Below, piece after piece: positions 53,301 through 61,441 of a stretch of 64,000 bases of DNA. The notes below the pieces were generated by a model, which worked only from the letters and a program-made list of their open reading frames with translations, was not told the origin of the DNA and ran no database searches. The position numbers were made by a program, and so were the translations under genes. Numbering within the stretch: position 1 is the first letter of the stretch; each line of letters opens with the position of its first letter. This DNA comes from Candidatus Nealsonbacteria bacterium DGGOD1a (lineage in GTDB: Bacteria; Patescibacteriota; Minisyncoccia; Minisyncoccales; UBA5738). The stretch lies in the NCBI GenBank assembly GCA_022530585.1, contig CP092821.1:753931-817930 (forward strand), in the 5' to 3' direction.

Positions 53301-54707
53301 ATCGCCCACCACCAGATTGCCGGTGCCGTTGGGCGCGAAAACCAGATTGCCGTTGTCGGTGGTGTAGAATGTGCCGCCGCTCGTCAAAGTGATGTCGCCG
53401 TCCAATACCAGATTGCCGGTTGAATCAATATAGTTGGTATCGGTATGAAATTGCACCGCGCCCGTGCCGTTGGGATTGACGAGCAAATTCGTGTCGGCAT
53501 CGCGGGTGGAAATGGTGGAAGACTTGATGGCGATGTTGTCGGCTTGCAAAGCAACCCCCGATCCGCCTTGGATCACGGACAATACCGCGGCCGTGGTGGT
53601 CGCCGAAAAAGCCGCCGCGCCCGAATAGGTCTGGCTGCCGGACACCGTGAAATTGCCGCGCACGACCGCGTCGCCGCCGGCGCTAACCGTGAAATTGCCG
53701 CTCCCGATATCCAGCGAACCGCCGGTGATCGCGCCATGGCGGTTCACCGTGAAACTGCCGCCGCCGATATCCAAAGTGTTGGCGCCCAAATTATCCGGCG
53801 GATTGTAACTCTGTCCCAGCGAATAATTGGGCCGGTCCGAATCCATCTGGCGCAGAATTTGATTAACTCGCGCTTTGGTGCCCTCATCGGCGACAACGGT
53901 ATTGACTTGAGTTTGTATTTCTTTGGTATGAATGGTTTGAATCTCCTTGGTTTGCACTTCCTTAGTCTGTATTTCTTTTTCCGGATAAATGTTTTGGACG
54001 ATTGGCGCCGGCTGATTTTCAGAGGGTCTAACCCTCTGATCATCTTCCAAAAATTCTTGATCGTTGGAAATTTGGCCATTCATCGACAATTGATCATTGC
54101 CCGGAGAATCTTCTATTCCCAGCCAGCGGCGCGCCGTGTCGCGAATATGGTTTTTGATTCCGTCGAAAAATGAGGACAACGACGCTTGCCCCGCCTGCGC
54201 CAAATTTTTAGTGGAATAAAGCCCGTTTTGCAAAGATCCGGCCGCGGCGCTTCCGGCCGCGGAAACTCCGCTTCCGGTCGAATGAACGCCGCGCGCCAAA
54301 GACCGCGCCGCGGTTTCGCCCAACCCCGCGGTTTGTTTGGCCGAATTTTCAACAAGGCCGCCCGCGGCAACGGCAACGGCGGTCGCGTTATTTTCTGTTT
54401 TTACCGCGAAATTTTGAGCAAAATCAACCGCGGCTGATTTCGCGTCCGAAACAAACTCCAGCGCGGCGGGAAACACCTCGTTTTCAACCGCGGCAATTCC
54501 TTGGACAAACTGGCGCGGCGCCATTTGCGCGGCATCCCGGAAAAAATCGGCAAAACCAAAAGCGCGGTCCCGCAAGGAATCGGACGGATAAAATTCAACC
54601 GCGGCCCAAACGATTTGATACGCGCCCGCGCAACACAAAAATACCAAAAATGCGAACGCAATTTTCGTGAAAATTTGCGGTTTTTGATTATTTGGCTTTC
54701 TCTCCAT
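50202..54707 (-). CDS. N-terminal 1,501-codon part of the giant tail-fibre-like surface protein (signal-anchor, Ala/Ser-rich linker, KEIQT repeats, beta-helix-like segments, GNVGIGTT repeats)
   Basis: ATG at 54707. MERKPNNQKPQ plus a hydrophobic helix IFTKIAFAFLVFLCCAGAYQIVWAAV. It ends inside a conserved module (...LYNVSGNLVWNGV*) only because of the 95-bp duplication. Confidence 0.85.
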   Translation of the reverse strand: MERKPNNQKPQIFTKIAFAFLVFLCCAGAYQIVWAAVEFYPSDSLRDRAFGFADFFRDAAQMAPRQFVQGIAAVENEVFPAALEFVSDAKSAAVDFAQNFAVKTENNATAVAVAAGGLVENSAKQTAGLGETAARSLARGVHSTGSGVSAAGSAAAGSLQNGLYSTKNLAQAGQASLSSFFDGIKNHIRDTARRWLGIEDSPGNDQLSMNGQISNDQEFLEDDQRVRPSENQPAPIVQNIYPEKEIQTKEVQTKEIQTIHTKEIQTQVNTVVADEGTKARVNQILRQMDSDRPNYSLGQSYNPPDNLGANTLDIGGGSFTVNRHGAITGGSLDIGSGNFTVSAGGDAVVRGNFTVSGSQTYSGAAAFSATTTAAVLSVIQGGSGVALQADNIAIKSSTISTRDADTNLLVNPNGTGAVQFHTDTNYIDSTGNLVLDGDITLTSGGTFYTTDNGNLVFAPNGTGNLVVGDTDNAASIVPFVDSTLGYDLGSSSQRWYDIYAAGKLDVASTTLESGQLSFVDAGRITTGASKDLILQAGAGGKTQITDGTTTVDIADGTQALYAVNGATAAKLADGTYAVDATGDIRLSGDITVSGGRLNFGAGAESIDNETANLLKLTTGGGARVVLGDDAGTYQFQIADSGGNVVSSIDSDGKAVLAGISSSGDISPATDLGASLGDAAHRFNDIYVANINTSGMSTSGQAVFTYQPLSTDFAQSSVLINPSSAIAGAPLLGVGVAGVQKFFVDRDGNGYFAGNVGIGTSSPKTILNLKGKSFSTLTGTVAIGTGQALVTGTGTLFTSELEEGDAIKIGTETFGVASITDDTHLYISGRYLGETASGLTAYFDSADLFVADDGEDNERFKITSGGELQVASRGKFGSKNSNGYLNLYFWTQSNYANGLNTYKRGNPSDIDGAALTGAELGYHNFYGWDGSAYGRGAFAIAKTTEDWTAAGHGTSYNIYTTPSGSTANTSRLFIGDDGSIGIGGISTKLSRLTAKAPAGFNASGTVATSAGSAIVAGTSSYFTTQVGIGDNITVGGETKTVVSIASNSSLTVDSVFSNDNAGAAMAVAKSIFRLDNSANAVKFIVSNSGNVGIGTTSPAELLDVNGRLRLAQTTAPETIADKLYNVSGNLVWNGVNLTAGGALPSGAEGQLLYNNNGAWTAFSGMYWDDTNSRLGIGTTSPGYALDVNGGFRVGNATSTAGIVFDPSTGNVGIGTTEPSSKLNVLGITTLQSGSATGGILIGADLNTTTLSANVRKLGRIAIPSYDNTYNISVLSADSRDASRDELYFGGTVGGSLPAPTLISFVTTPTIGVAAGNAERMRINSAGNVGIGTTSPGYTLDVNGGFRVGNATSTAGIVFDPSTGNVGIGTTAPSVKLDVAGTISSNAYIVTNDLVMSGTNRGVYMTNFNRAKYSFGSATATGAYPLTLSSGNAATHTDGYITLSTAGNERVRVDSTGNVGIGTTSPAELLDVNGRLRLAQTTAPETIADKLYNVSGNLVWNGV

Positions 54708-54872
54708 AACCCATTTCCAAGCACAACTTTCCTTATCTTAAATTATACTCTAAATACGCCGCGCGCGCCACTGTGGATAACCGGCGATTTTAAAGCGGAA
54801 AAACAAACGCTTTTCACCGCCGAGCCGTTACCGGCAAAACAACCTCCCGCGACCCCTGTAATCAAAAAGGCC

Positions 54873-54911
54873 AAAAGGGTCCGACCCTTTTTAAAAGGGT
54901 CGGACCCTTTT
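54873..54911. terminator. 39-nt perfect palindrome; a bidirectional terminator-like hairpin between the M50 protease gene and the giant gene
   Basis: AAAAGGGTCCGACCCTTTT-T-AAAAGGGTCGGACCCTTTT; 40 nt downstream of the M50 stop. Confidence 0.55.
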
Positions 54912-54952
54912 GATTAACAAAACGCGCATCCCGGCGAACGATTGCGGCGCAA

Positions 54953-55585
54953 TTATTCCAACGCGACTCCGGTGATTATCTGATATAAAAACGCGATAAT
55001 CGGCCAGATAACGGGCAAAAAGAAAAATATAAACACCAACAAAAAAACCGGTCCGTATTTCTGCAAAAAGATTTTGAAATCCGTTTGCGACGGCGGCAAA
55101 AACGCGAACAAAATATGCGAGCCGTCCAGCGGCGGAATCGGAATGAGGTTGAAAACCGCCAACCCCAAATTAATGATCACCACCGACTGCGCCAAAGTGT
55201 AAAAACCGGCGCTCACCGGGTCCAAAATTACCGGCCAAAACCTTAATATCAAACCGAAAATCGCCGCCAGAGCGAAATTCGCGGCCACGCCCGCGACCGC
55301 CACCTTGACTTGGCCGTATTTTTGGTCGCGGAAATTATAAGGATTGATCGGCACGGGCTTGGCCCATCCGAAAATGAACGGCGACCGCAGCAAGGTCAAC
55401 AGCAAAGGCAAAAAAAACGACCCGACCCAATCAAAATGCTTCAACGGATTTAAAGTTAAACGGCCGGCGTATTTTGCCGTGGGATCGCCCAGCGAATTTG
55501 CCACCGCGCCGTGCGCCACCTCGTGGATAACCACCGAAAAAATCAGCGCGATAATTGAAAAGATTAAAATTAAAATTTCAGCCAT
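54953..55585 (-). CDS. site-2 protease family (peptidase M50) membrane metalloprotease
   Basis: 210 aa; HEVAH (HExxH) in TM1 and NLIPIPPLDGSH (the LDG motif). Confidence 0.75.
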   Translation of the reverse strand: MAEILILIFSIIALIFSVVIHEVAHGAVANSLGDPTAKYAGRLTLNPLKHFDWVGSFFLPLLLTLLRSPFIFGWAKPVPINPYNFRDQKYGQVKVAVAGVAANFALAAIFGLILRFWPVILDPVSAGFYTLAQSVVIINLGLAVFNLIPIPPLDGSHILFAFLPPSQTDFKIFLQKYGPVFLLVFIFFFLPVIWPIIAFLYQIITGVALE

Positions 55586-55596
55586 GGAATCCCCGA

Positions 55597-55700
55597 ATAA
55601 TTTTCAATTTTCAATTTCTAATTTTCATTGAATTTTCAAATAAATTCAAATAAAGATTAGAAATTTAATAGAAATTATGAATTAGAAATTAGAAATTTAT
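55597..55700. repeat. family D palindromic element
   Basis: AATAATTTTCAATTTTCAATTTCTAATTTTCATTGAATTTTCAAAT...ATTAGAAATTAGAAATTT. Confidence 0.75.
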
Positions 55701-55780
55701 TCGCTTGTATATTAGCACAAGCGCCAAGTCTTGCCAATTTCCGATAAATAGCATATAATTGCTTTGTTAACAAAATATCC

Positions 55781-55978
55781 ATGTCAAAAATTTGCGCATT
55801 GTGCGGAAAACAAGGAATGATGACCTGGTCGCGCGTCCGCTTGAGGGCAACCAAGTTCAACCCCACCGCCAAAAGAAAACAATATCCCAATTTGCAATCG
55901 ACAACTTTGCCCACCGGGGAAAAAGTAACCGCTTGCGCCAAATGCATCAAAGCATTGAACAAAACCAACGCCAAGTAA
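55781..55978 (+). CDS. rpmB: 50S ribosomal protein L28
   Basis: 65 aa; the MSKICALCGKQ...R..T.....YPNLQ pattern is typical of L28. Confidence 0.7.
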   Translation: MSKICALCGKQGMMTWSRVRLRATKFNPTAKRKQYPNLQSTTLPTGEKVTACAKCIKALNKTNAK

Positions 55979-56049
55979 AACCACGAGGTTTATTCGGTGT
56001 TGATTGCAAACCCGTTACAAAGCGGGTTTGTTATGTAATCAGTTGAGTT

Positions 56050-56177
56050 AATTTTCAATTTTCAATTTCTAATTTTCATTGAATTTTCAATGTATCGATG
56101 AACCAAACGAAACACAATGCGGCATTTTGTTTGAAAATTGGAACATTGGATATTTTTTGAAAATTGAAAATTGAAGA
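56050..56177. repeat. family D palindromic element
   Basis: ATTTTCAATTTTCAATTTCTAATTTTCATTGAATTTTCAATG...TTTGAAAATTGAAAATTGAAG. Its left arm is the reverse complement of 6302-6343. Confidence 0.8.
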
Positions 56178-56191
56178 TTGTTTTCAGGAAT

Positions 56192-56262
56192 CGGGTTGTA
56201 TTACAACGGCAGTATGTGCCCTTGGGGTGGGTACGATCCGGGTTCAATTCCCGGCAGCCCGA
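56192..56262 (+). tRNA. tRNA-Pro (anticodon GGG)
   Basis: Hand-folded: acceptor CGGGUUG/CAGCCCG, anticodon stem UGCCC/GGGUA with loop UUGGGGU (G37), T-arm CCGGG-UUCAAUU-CCCGG, discriminator A. The D-stem has one mismatch. Confidence 0.75.
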
Positions 56263-56310
56263 CAAACAAAACGAGCCGCATTTGAAAGAATTTTAAAGAC
56301 TGGCGCGGCG

Positions 56311-56341
56311 CCGGCGAAGTCCGGCTTCGCCGGATTTTTTG
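56311..56341 (+). terminator. intrinsic terminator after tRNA-Pro
   Basis: CCGGCGAAG-TCCGG-CTTCGCCGG followed by ATTTTTTG. Confidence 0.7.
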
Positions 56342-56406
56342 TTGTTTTCCCAAAACCGTTGATTGGGCGTTTGAAGGCGCGGAAAAAATTCAATATACTT
56401 GATTTA

Positions 56407-58932
56407 ATGGATATTTTTTCTTACTCGACAAAAACAACGGATGAGATTCTTTCAAAATCGGGCGCCGATTTAAAAAACGGCCTTGACGCGCAAACCGTCG
56501 CGCGGCGGCGAAAAAAATACGGCAAAAACAACATTGCCTTGAAAGAAACCGCGGGGTGGCATATTTTTTTCCGCCAATTCAAGTCGGCGTTCGTTTATCT
56601 CTTGATCGCGGCCATAGCCATCACCTTTTTCCTGGGCGAATGGGTCGACGCGCTGATGATCTTGATCTTTCTGGCGATCAACGGCGGTTTGGGATTCTAC
56701 CAAGAATTCAGCTCGGAAAAAACCGCCCAGCTATTGAATAAATTCGCGTTGCCCCGGGCTAAAGTGTTAAGAAACGGAAAAACGGAACAAATAACCGCCG
56801 ATGCCTTGGTTCCCGGAGACATAGTGATACTTGAAACCGGCAACCGGGTACCGGCCGATTTGCGGTTGATCGAAACGGACAATATGATTATTGACGAAAC
56901 GATTTTGACCGGCGAATCGGCTCCGGTTCATAAAAATTCCACAACCCTGAAAACAAAACCTGCCTCTTACGGTCAAGCCGCCAACTTGGCGTTTTCGGGC
57001 ACCGACATCCTTAAAGGCGAAGCGCGCGGCATAGTAATCGCCACGGGCGAGGATACGGCTTTCGGCCAAATCGCCAAACTGGCCGGTGAAACAATAAAAG
57101 AAAGCGATTTCGAAAAAGGCATCCGGCGTTTTTCGCAATTCATTTTGAAACTGGTCGGAATAACGCTTTTGGCGGTTTTCTCCGCCCATTTGCTTATCAG
57201 CCGCGACGGCATCGATATTTTTGAACTGGTAATTTTTTTGGTGGCTTTGACCGTAAGCGTCATTCCCGAAGCCCTGCCGCTGGTAACCACCTTTTCCCTG
57301 TCTCGAGGCGCCAAACGGCTGGCAAAGAAAAAAGTCATCGTCAAGCGACTGTCCGCGATTGAAGATTTGGGAAGCATGGAAATCCTGTGCAGCGACAAAA
57401 CAGGCACATTGACGGAAAACCGCCTGGCGATCGCCGATGTTTATTCGCAAAACCGCGATCAAACAATATGGATGGCCAATCTGGCGTCTTCATTTGAATT
57501 GGAATCGAGAATTGAACCGTTTGACATCGCACTGGAAAAAGGATTGTCCATCGAACAAAAAAATAAAATCAAAGCGGCGGTTAAAATATCGGAAAATACT
57601 TTCGATCCCGAATCAAGGTTGAATTCGGCGGCGGTTTCGGTCGATGGCAAGATTTTTCTGATCAAAAGAGGCTCTTCGGAAGCGATTATCGCGTCGTGCG
57701 CAAGGTTGGCGAAAACCGAGAAAGAGAATATCAATGAATGGATAATCCGGCAGGGCAAACAAGGCCGCCGGGTTTTGGCCGTTGCCTGCCGGGAATTCGA
57801 AACCGGCGGCAAAAAAAACTTCGACTATGACCGCCGGCTTTCCCGGCGCGATTTTATATTTGCCGGAGTTATTTCCTTTGTTGATCCGATCAAAAAAAGC
57901 TCGTTTGCCACCGTCAAACAAGCGGAAAAACTCGGCGTCAAGATAATCATTATAACCGGCGACAGTCCCGAAGTCGCCGGAGCGGTCGCTTGCGAGATTG
58001 GTTTGATCGAAACGCCGGGAAAAGTGATAACCGAAGAGCAGTGGCGCCGGGCAAACGCCGAAAAACGCCGTTATTTTTTGGAAAATTACCGCGTGTTCGC
58101 CCGCGTCACGCCCGAAGGAAAATTCGCGATCATTGAGGCGTTGCGCGGCGCGCATACGATCGGCTTCTTGGGAGAAGGCATCAATGACGCCGCGGCGTTG
58201 AAAATCGCCGGCGTATCGATGGCGGTCAACAGCGCCTCCGATATCGCGCGCGAAGCCTCGGATATTATTTTGTTGGAAAAGAATTTGAATGTCGTCATCG
58301 AAGGCATCAGAGAAGGCCGCCGAATATTTGCCAATACCGCCAAATACATAAAATCAACGCTGGCATCCAATTTTGGAAATTTCTTCGCCGTGGCTATCGC
58401 TTCCTTGATAGTCGATTTCCTGCCAATGCTTCCGATCCAAATACTGCTGGTCAATTTGCTGTCCGACGCCCCGATGATCTCGATTTCCACCGATACGGTT
58501 CAGGAAAATGAACTCAAAGCGCCCAAAAAATATCAAACCAACGAAATTATCATCATTTCCATGATCCTGGGTATGGTCAGCACGGTTTTCGACTTTATAT
58601 TTTTCTCGTCTTTTTACCGCGTCTCCCCGGAAATCCTGCGAACCAATTGGTTCATCGGCAGTATTTTGACGGAATTGGCGCTGTTGTTTTCCATCCGCAC
58701 CACAACAAATTTTTTGAAAGCAAAACGCCCTTCGCCGCCGATAATCGCCTTGAGCGCCGCCACTTTAATTCTGACCGTCGGCCTTCCCTATACGGCTTTC
58801 GGACAGGAAGTCTTCCGATTCGTCGCGCCGGCGCCGGCTCATCTGGGATGGATATTTTTGCTGGTGTTCGCGTATTTCGCCGTTTCCGAAGCGGTAAAAT
58901 TGCTTTATTACAGAAACCGGGCAAAAGCTTAA
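56407..58932 (+). CDS. cation-transporting P-type ATPase (MgtA/Ca-ATPase-like)
   Basis: Start reset to MDIFSYSTKTTDEIL, because the track ORF runs through the tRNA-Pro gene. TGES, CSDKTGTLT, ITGDS and GEGINDAAAL motifs are present. Confidence 0.85.
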   Translation: MDIFSYSTKTTDEILSKSGADLKNGLDAQTVARRRKKYGKNNIALKETAGWHIFFRQFKSAFVYLLIAAIAITFFLGEWVDALMILIFLAINGGLGFYQEFSSEKTAQLLNKFALPRAKVLRNGKTEQITADALVPGDIVILETGNRVPADLRLIETDNMIIDETILTGESAPVHKNSTTLKTKPASYGQAANLAFSGTDILKGEARGIVIATGEDTAFGQIAKLAGETIKESDFEKGIRRFSQFILKLVGITLLAVFSAHLLISRDGIDIFELVIFLVALTVSVIPEALPLVTTFSLSRGAKRLAKKKVIVKRLSAIEDLGSMEILCSDKTGTLTENRLAIADVYSQNRDQTIWMANLASSFELESRIEPFDIALEKGLSIEQKNKIKAAVKISENTFDPESRLNSAAVSVDGKIFLIKRGSSEAIIASCARLAKTEKENINEWIIRQGKQGRRVLAVACREFETGGKKNFDYDRRLSRRDFIFAGVISFVDPIKKSSFATVKQAEKLGVKIIIITGDSPEVAGAVACEIGLIETPGKVITEEQWRRANAEKRRYFLENYRVFARVTPEGKFAIIEALRGAHTIGFLGEGINDAAALKIAGVSMAVNSASDIAREASDIILLEKNLNVVIEGIREGRRIFANTAKYIKSTLASNFGNFFAVAIASLIVDFLPMLPIQILLVNLLSDAPMISISTDTVQENELKAPKKYQTNEIIIISMILGMVSTVFDFIFFSSFYRVSPEILRTNWFIGSILTELALLFSIRTTTNFLKAKRPSPPIIALSAATLILTVGLPYTAFGQEVFRFVAPAPAHLGWIFLLVFAYFAVSEAVKLLYYRNRAKA

Positions 58933-58951
58933 AAGGCTTTCATAAATCTCC

Positions 58952-59005
58952 TTTAAATTGCGAAACTTTAAATTCAAATACCTTAAAGCGTTTCGTGATT
59001 CAAAG
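58952..59005. mobile_element. core-less family G MITE remnant (TIRs only)
   Basis: TTTAAATTGCGAAACTTTAAATTCAAATACCTTAAAGCGTTTCGTGATTCAAAG. Confidence 0.6.
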
Positions 59006-59051
59006 AAATTTCTGAAATTACGCGGCGCGTTATGGCGATGTTTCGCCAAGA

Positions 59052-59103
59052 CAGGGTTACTAAAAAATCCCTCGACAAGCTCGGGATTCTTTAGTAACCC
59101 TGT
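59052..59103. terminator. bidirectional hairpin between the convergent ATPase and Adk-like genes
   Basis: CAGGGTTACTAAAAAATCCC-TCGACAAGCTC-GGGATTCTTTAGTAACCCTG. Confidence 0.5.
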
Positions 59104-59261
59104 GAAAAAGTAATTCCACAAATATAGGTGGGTGCCAAGGCCTCCGCCACGGCGAAGAACCATTTCAAGCTCCCGTGGATGTTGTGTTGGAAAACTTTTA
59201 TTACAGGGTTGATATGAGTATACCCCGCCCCAATCCCCTGTCAAACAAAGTTATCAACAGC

Positions 59262-60335
59262 CTAAAGGCCAAGAGTTTGCACCAGTTGTTTGATCAGCGA
59301 GACGGCCACGGCCGGGGCTTGGAGGCTCACGGAAAGGCGGCCTTCGTCGTCTTTCACGGTCCAGGGGCTTTCTTTGACAACCACCTTCTTGTTGGCGGCA
59401 TCCCACTCGTAAGTGTAACCCGAAGTCAATTCATAGTCGTCGACATAATCCTTGGCGGCTTCAACCGGTATGGCATTGCGCAAAAACATTTTGGGGAGGC
59501 CGTGCAATTCCATGGCTTTTTCCATTAATTTCTGGTCGGTCTCCAAACGCTGGCGGATGGGCTCGATCCCCAACTCGTCGCCTTCCTTGGCCACCAATTT
59601 TTGCTTGCCGAAACCGGAACACGCCGGATTGTCGCAAATCAAATAAAATTCTTCCGTTTTTTCATCGTAATCGACATTAGCCGTGGGCAACAATCCTAAA
59701 TTGCGCGATGTGTTGCAGGCCGGACAAATCCGGCGGCCGGCGATGCGGCCGGCGATCACATTGGTCGGCACATCGATAAACGCCATAATATCCGCATCGT
59801 CGCGGGCGCCGATAAGCTCGCGGAAAAACAGCGAATAAGACACTTGGTCCATATCGCGCGGAAATCCGTCGATGAAAATCGTTTTCTTTGATTTCTTGGC
59901 GATCTCCATTTTAATCAGGGCCAGGATCAATTCGGTCGGCAAAAGCGTTTTTGTGTCGCGGCCTTCAATGGCCGGGATCAATTTTTCCACCGCGATCCAG
60001 CCGCGATAATTTTTCTTAAGGTATTCGGTAATTTCCCGTTTCTTGGATTCATCTTGAATATCCTTGGAAATCGCGCGGATCATATCGCCCACGGAAAAAT
60101 GCTCAAGTTTGTCGGCGCCCAGCAATTCGGCCAGCATTTTGGAATAAGTGCCTTTGCCGGAATTTTTTTTGCCCAAAAGATAAACAATAAAAGTGTTATC
60201 CTTGACATATTCCTTCAACTTTTCGATTTCCTCCCCGGCCTTGTAATAAAAATAATCCTTGCGCTCCTTGGCGTCGGTTAAATTGAATTTTTGCTCCTTG
60301 CCTTCCATTTTGGTTTTGAATATTGGGAAATCCAT
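59262..60335 (-). CDS. atypical long adenylate-kinase-family protein (second Adk-like paralogue)
   Basis: 357 aa; P-loop LLGKKNSGKGTYS, a LID-like zinc knuckle RRICPACNTSRN...CDNPACSG, and a unique ~110-aa C-terminal region. Confidence 0.55.
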   Translation of the reverse strand: MDFPIFKTKMEGKEQKFNLTDAKERKDYFYYKAGEEIEKLKEYVKDNTFIVYLLGKKNSGKGTYSKMLAELLGADKLEHFSVGDMIRAISKDIQDESKKREITEYLKKNYRGWIAVEKLIPAIEGRDTKTLLPTELILALIKMEIAKKSKKTIFIDGFPRDMDQVSYSLFFRELIGARDDADIMAFIDVPTNVIAGRIAGRRICPACNTSRNLGLLPTANVDYDEKTEEFYLICDNPACSGFGKQKLVAKEGDELGIEPIRQRLETDQKLMEKAMELHGLPKMFLRNAIPVEAAKDYVDDYELTSGYTYEWDAANKKVVVKESPWTVKDDEGRLSVSLQAPAVAVSLIKQLVQTLGL

Positions 60336-60458
60336 GAATTTAGTTAAAAATTAAAAAACCAAAGATCAAAATGACAATGCAAAATGTTAAAATGTCGCGA
60401 TTTAAACATTTTTCAACTTTAAATTGTCATTTTCCATTTTGATTTTTGCATTTTACAT
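60336..60458. repeat. family E palindromic element
   Basis: GATCAAAATGACAATGCAAAATGTTAAAATGTCGCGATTTAAACATTTTTCAACTTTAAATTGTCATTTTCCATTTTGATTTTTGCATTTTACATTT; it is the reverse complement of 61785-61905. Confidence 0.85.
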
Positions 60459-61361
60459 TTACTTTTCCGTTTTAAGAAAAAGGAGATTGCCATCGGTTTT
60501 AAACATAATATCGCCGTTTTGGTCGGTTCTCAATGTTTTAATATCATACTTTGCCAACAAATCCAAGGTCTCTTGATGCGGATGTCCGTAAGAGTTGTTC
60601 GATCCCGCGGAAATCACGGCCGCGGCGGGAAACAGCGCCGCGGTAAACGCCTCGTCGGCCGAAGTCTTGCTTCCGTGGTGCGCCACTTTCAAAACATCGG
60701 CCGGTTCGGGATCGACCGAAAGCGCGGCTTTTTCTCCCTTAACGGTGGCATCGCCCGTGAATAAAAACGATCTCCGGCCGTAAACCAAGCGCGCCACCAC
60801 CGAAGAATTATTGGCGCTTTGGCCGGAATTTAAATCGCCCGCCGCCGGCGCCAGAATTTTCAAAACGCAATCGGGATCAGCCCCGAGAACAAGCATCCGG
60901 CCCGGCCGCGCGATCACCACATTGGCGCCTTCCCCGACGATCAAATCGCTCCATTCTTCGCTTTCCGCGTTATCTTTGGCGACTCCCGACCAAATGATAT
61001 TGCGCACTTGATAATTCTTAAGCACCGCCAGCAATCCGGACAGATGATCGCGATCGGCATGGGATAAGACCACCCAATCAATATCGCGGTCATAAAATGG
61101 CATCGCGGACCCCAACTTCTCCAACACCGCGCCGCCGGGTCCGCCATCAATCAAAATCTGAACTCCGTTGGGCAATTGAGCGAAAGCCGCGTCTCCCTGG
61201 CCCACATCAAAAAATTTCACTTCAAGATACCGCCTCTGCGAATTGCCAATCACCGCCAGCCAAACAAACAAATTGGCCAGCGCCAATCCCAAAACCAGCC
61301 ATTTTATCCATTGATCTTGTTTTTCGCCCGCTTTTCGCGAATTTTCGCCCGGTTTCTCCAT
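60459..61361 (-). CDS. ComEC/Rec2-related metallo-beta-lactamase-fold protein with an N-terminal TM anchor
   Basis: 300 aa; FFDVGQGDAAF, LSHADRDHLSG, VAHHGSKTS. Confidence 0.7.
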   Translation of the reverse strand: MEKPGENSRKAGEKQDQWIKWLVLGLALANLFVWLAVIGNSQRRYLEVKFFDVGQGDAAFAQLPNGVQILIDGGPGGAVLEKLGSAMPFYDRDIDWVVLSHADRDHLSGLLAVLKNYQVRNIIWSGVAKDNAESEEWSDLIVGEGANVVIARPGRMLVLGADPDCVLKILAPAAGDLNSGQSANNSSVVARLVYGRRSFLFTGDATVKGEKAALSVDPEPADVLKVAHHGSKTSADEAFTAALFPAAAVISAGSNNSYGHPHQETLDLLAKYDIKTLRTDQNGDIMFKTDGNLLFLKTEK

Positions 61362-61441
61362 TCGACTATTCTAACACATCGCCCAAATTTAAAGCGCCGG
61401 CTTTAAGCCCGCGCTTTAAAATTTGATTTATTTTTTAAAAA

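Noticed and set aside
41041-54173. Dozens of 60-240-aa ORFs on the plus strand and in alternative minus frames inside the giant gene (for example 44104-44553, 46204-46659, 53445-54173, 40632-41213). Many have near-identical sequences.
   Set aside because: They recur only because the underlying DNA modules recur. They have Arg/Pro/Ala-rich reverse-frame composition and are fully contained in the long fibre reading frame.
40660-54707. Diversity-generating retroelement or a phage-tail/prophage context as the explanation for the variable giant gene.
   Set aside because: The window contains no reverse transcriptase, no template-repeat/variable-repeat pair with adenine-specific differences, and no phage structural, terminase or integrase genes. 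The variation pattern is cassette-like between conserved modules.
56164-56406. The 5' 81 codons of the 922-aa P-type ATPase ORF.
   Set aside because: This stretch contains a complete tRNA-Pro gene (56192-56262) and its terminator. The conserved ATPase N-terminus begins at the Met at 56407.
58765-59244. 159-aa minus-strand ORF in the ATPase/Adk-like intergenic region.
   Set aside because: It overlaps the 3' end of the ATPase gene, crosses a MITE remnant and a strong bidirectional hairpin, and has no motif. It is most likely non-coding.
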